From assembly GCF_017497985.1 (NCBI RefSeq), contig NZ_JAGDFV010000008.1, positions 9,869 to 41,868 on the forward strand: DNA of 32,000 bases. Direction: 5' to 3'. Origin of the DNA: Meiothermus sp. CFH 77666 (GTDB lineage: Bacteria > Deinococcota > Deinococci > Deinococcales > Thermaceae). Position 1 is the first letter of the stretch, and each line of letters begins with the position of its first letter. This document shows, one piece after another, positions 30,520-32,000 of the stretch. The notes under the pieces are model-generated. The model was given only the letters and a program-made list of their open reading frames with translations. It made no database searches and had not been told where the DNA came from. Made by a program: the position numbers and the translations under genes.

Positions 30520-31579
30520 AGCTCCGCCAGAGGCGCTCGAGCGGCCCCTGCCCAAAACGCGCCAGCCACCATCGGCTGAGGGCTGTCTGAAACGCCACAA
30601 AGCCCACGGCAAGCGCTGGAAACCAAAGCGGGTTCACCTGCCCATACAGCCCCAGGCCATAGCCATAGAAGACCGTGCTCATCACCAGAGACTGGAGCAG
30701 GTAGTTGCTGAGGGGCATCCGGCCTGCGTACTGTAAGTTGTGCAGCCAGCCCAGCCGGGGCCACAGCAGGCGAAACAGGGCCATGTACACCAGGGCAAAG
30801 GCCAGCCCCCCCAGCCCGCGCAAAGGTTGAAGGTCGGGGTGGGCTGCGTTATAGAGGTTGGCCGGAACCCCGATCAGAAGCCCCACCGCCACCACCCGCC
30901 AGAGCGTGGCCGGGCCCAGCGCCTGCCAGCGGGGGGCCAGGTACATCCCGAGCACAAACAGGCCCAGAAGCTCGACCCCCTGGATCAAGGTACCGGCTAG
31001 GGTGCCCCCCAACCAGTTGAAAAGGCGCTCCGAGGTTACTGCCCAGTAGCTACCGGTGCGAAAAATTTCGTTGCTGTACAGCCCACTCCAAACCTCGGTA
31101 TTCCGGGTGAGCCAGACGATAACGAGATAAATGCCATACCCCCCGCCCAGAAACCCTACGGCCAGGCCGGGCGGCGGGGGTTGTTTCAGATAGCGCAGGG
31201 CGAATAGCCCTACCAGCGCGTATGTGGCCAGAATATCGCCTTCGAACAGGAAAACCCCGTGCAAAGCCCCCAGTCCCAAAAGCCAGCCCAGGCGGCGGCG
31301 TAGCAGCCCTAAAGCATCCAGACCGGCTTCGGAAAAGCGCCGGTACTGCAAGGCCAGCCCCAGCCCAAACAGGATGGAGAAAATGGTATAAAACTTGCCG
31401 CTAAAGAAAAAGGCCAGAATCTCCCGTCCCAGCGTGTAGCCGGAAGAAACCCCGTGCAGGGCCGCGTACATGCCCACTCCGGCCAGAAGCTCGAGGTTCA
31501 CCGCCAGAATGCCCACCAGGGCCAGCCTCCGCAGAGCGTCCAGAAAGGGCGCACGTGCCTGGGCTGGTAGGGGCTGCAC
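30491..31579 (-). CDS. DUF418 (YeiB-like) polytopic membrane protein
   Basis: N-terminus ...FLDALRRLALVGILAVNL and about 9 hydrophobic segments. GTG start. Confidence 0.8.
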   Translation of the reverse strand: MQPLPAQARAPFLDALRRLALVGILAVNLELLAGVGMYAALHGVSSGYTLGREILAFFFSGKFYTIFSILFGLGLALQYRRFSEAGLDALGLLRRRLGWLLGLGALHGVFLFEGDILATYALVGLFALRYLKQPPPPGLAVGFLGGGYGIYLVIVWLTRNTEVWSGLYSNEIFRTGSYWAVTSERLFNWLGGTLAGTLIQGVELLGLFVLGMYLAPRWQALGPATLWRVVAVGLLIGVPANLYNAAHPDLQPLRGLGGLAFALVYMALFRLLWPRLGWLHNLQYAGRMPLSNYLLQSLVMSTVFYGYGLGLYGQVNPLWFPALAVGFVAFQTALSRWWLARFGQGPLERLWRSFTYRSGPLA

Positions 31580-31611
31580 GGGCCGATTATACAGGGGCTA
31601 GAATAAAGCCC

Positions 31612-32000
31612 ATGCAAAGCTCGAGCGCACCTCCCTTTTTGCGGGGCAAGATAGACGGCGTACACTGGCTGGTCTCGGTCTGGCTGCGTAACCTGGAAGA
31701 AGTAGAAGAGACCGTTCAGAAGTGGGCCGCAGACCTGCCAGTAGAGGGTTTCTGGTGGGTGCCTGCTCCGGAGGCCAACGCTATCGGTGGGCTGATACGC
31801 CACATCGGAGGAGCCTCATACCGCCTGCTGCTGCGCGGAACGGGCCAGGAGATACCCGAGCCCCTGCGCGTACGTGCTCCCGAGGAACTCGTTCCCACCG
31901 GCCAGGATCCCAAGGCGGTGCTGGCCGAGTTTTCGCAGAACCTGGAAAAGGTGCGGGCCGCTCTGCGCTTGCTGGGCGACCAGGATCTACAGCGCACGGT
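31612..32000 (+). CDS. DinB-family (four-helix-bundle) protein, 3-prime partial at the window edge
   Basis: Open frame from ATG 31612 to the window end (MQSSSAPPFLRGKIDGVHWLV...ANAIGGLIRHIGGASYRLL...). Absent from the ORF track because no stop falls inside the window. Confidence 0.6.
   Translation, partial: MQSSSAPPFLRGKIDGVHWLVSVWLRNLEEVEETVQKWAADLPVEGFWWVPAPEANAIGGLIRHIGGASYRLLLRGTGQEIPEPLRVRAPEELVPTGQDPKAVLAEFSQNLEKVRAALRLLGDQDLQRT

Overview
High-GC bacterial chromosomal window (about mid-60s % by eye). The gene content looks Deinococcus-Thermus-like (Meiothermus/Thermus), but that is an impression only. I support about 33 protein genes, 2 tRNAs, 2 insertion sequences and 1 MITE. Left to right: a small HExxH metallopeptidase; a BON/LysM protein; a long-form sugar-1-phosphate nucleotidyltransferase. 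Then a LacI-controlled sugar-uptake locus (LacI, solute-binding protein, two atypically long permeases, amylo-alpha-1,6-glucosidase, no ATPase gene). Then a PIG-L deacetylase, the CCA-adding enzyme and an alpha/beta hydrolase. Next is an IS pile: an intact IS110-family element abutting a decayed ISAs1-family element. The IS pile cuts into the 3-prime end of a 948-aa STAND-like NTPase/TPR gene. After a TlpA-like redoxin and a stand-alone CZB zinc-sensor protein comes a minus-strand sulfide/persulfide detoxification operon: sqr, a persulfide dioxygenase-rhodanese fusion, four further rhodanese genes and tauE, with a divergent LysR regulator. Then tRNA-Phe and tRNA-Asp, a minimal SRA/YDG-like protein, trpF, lutAB without lutC, a 166-bp MITE with a perfect 10-bp target duplication, ybjQ plus a tiny Cys-rich ORF, a DUF418 membrane protein and a partial DinB-like gene. 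I see no CRISPR array, rRNA or recognisable canonical defence system. The best candidates for something new are the IS-truncated orphan STAND/TPR protein, the LysR + seven-rhodanese-domain sulfur cluster with its adjacent CZB protein, the MITE and repeat family, and the minimal SRA-like protein. Every functional call rests on motif or architecture recognition by eye. No searches were run.
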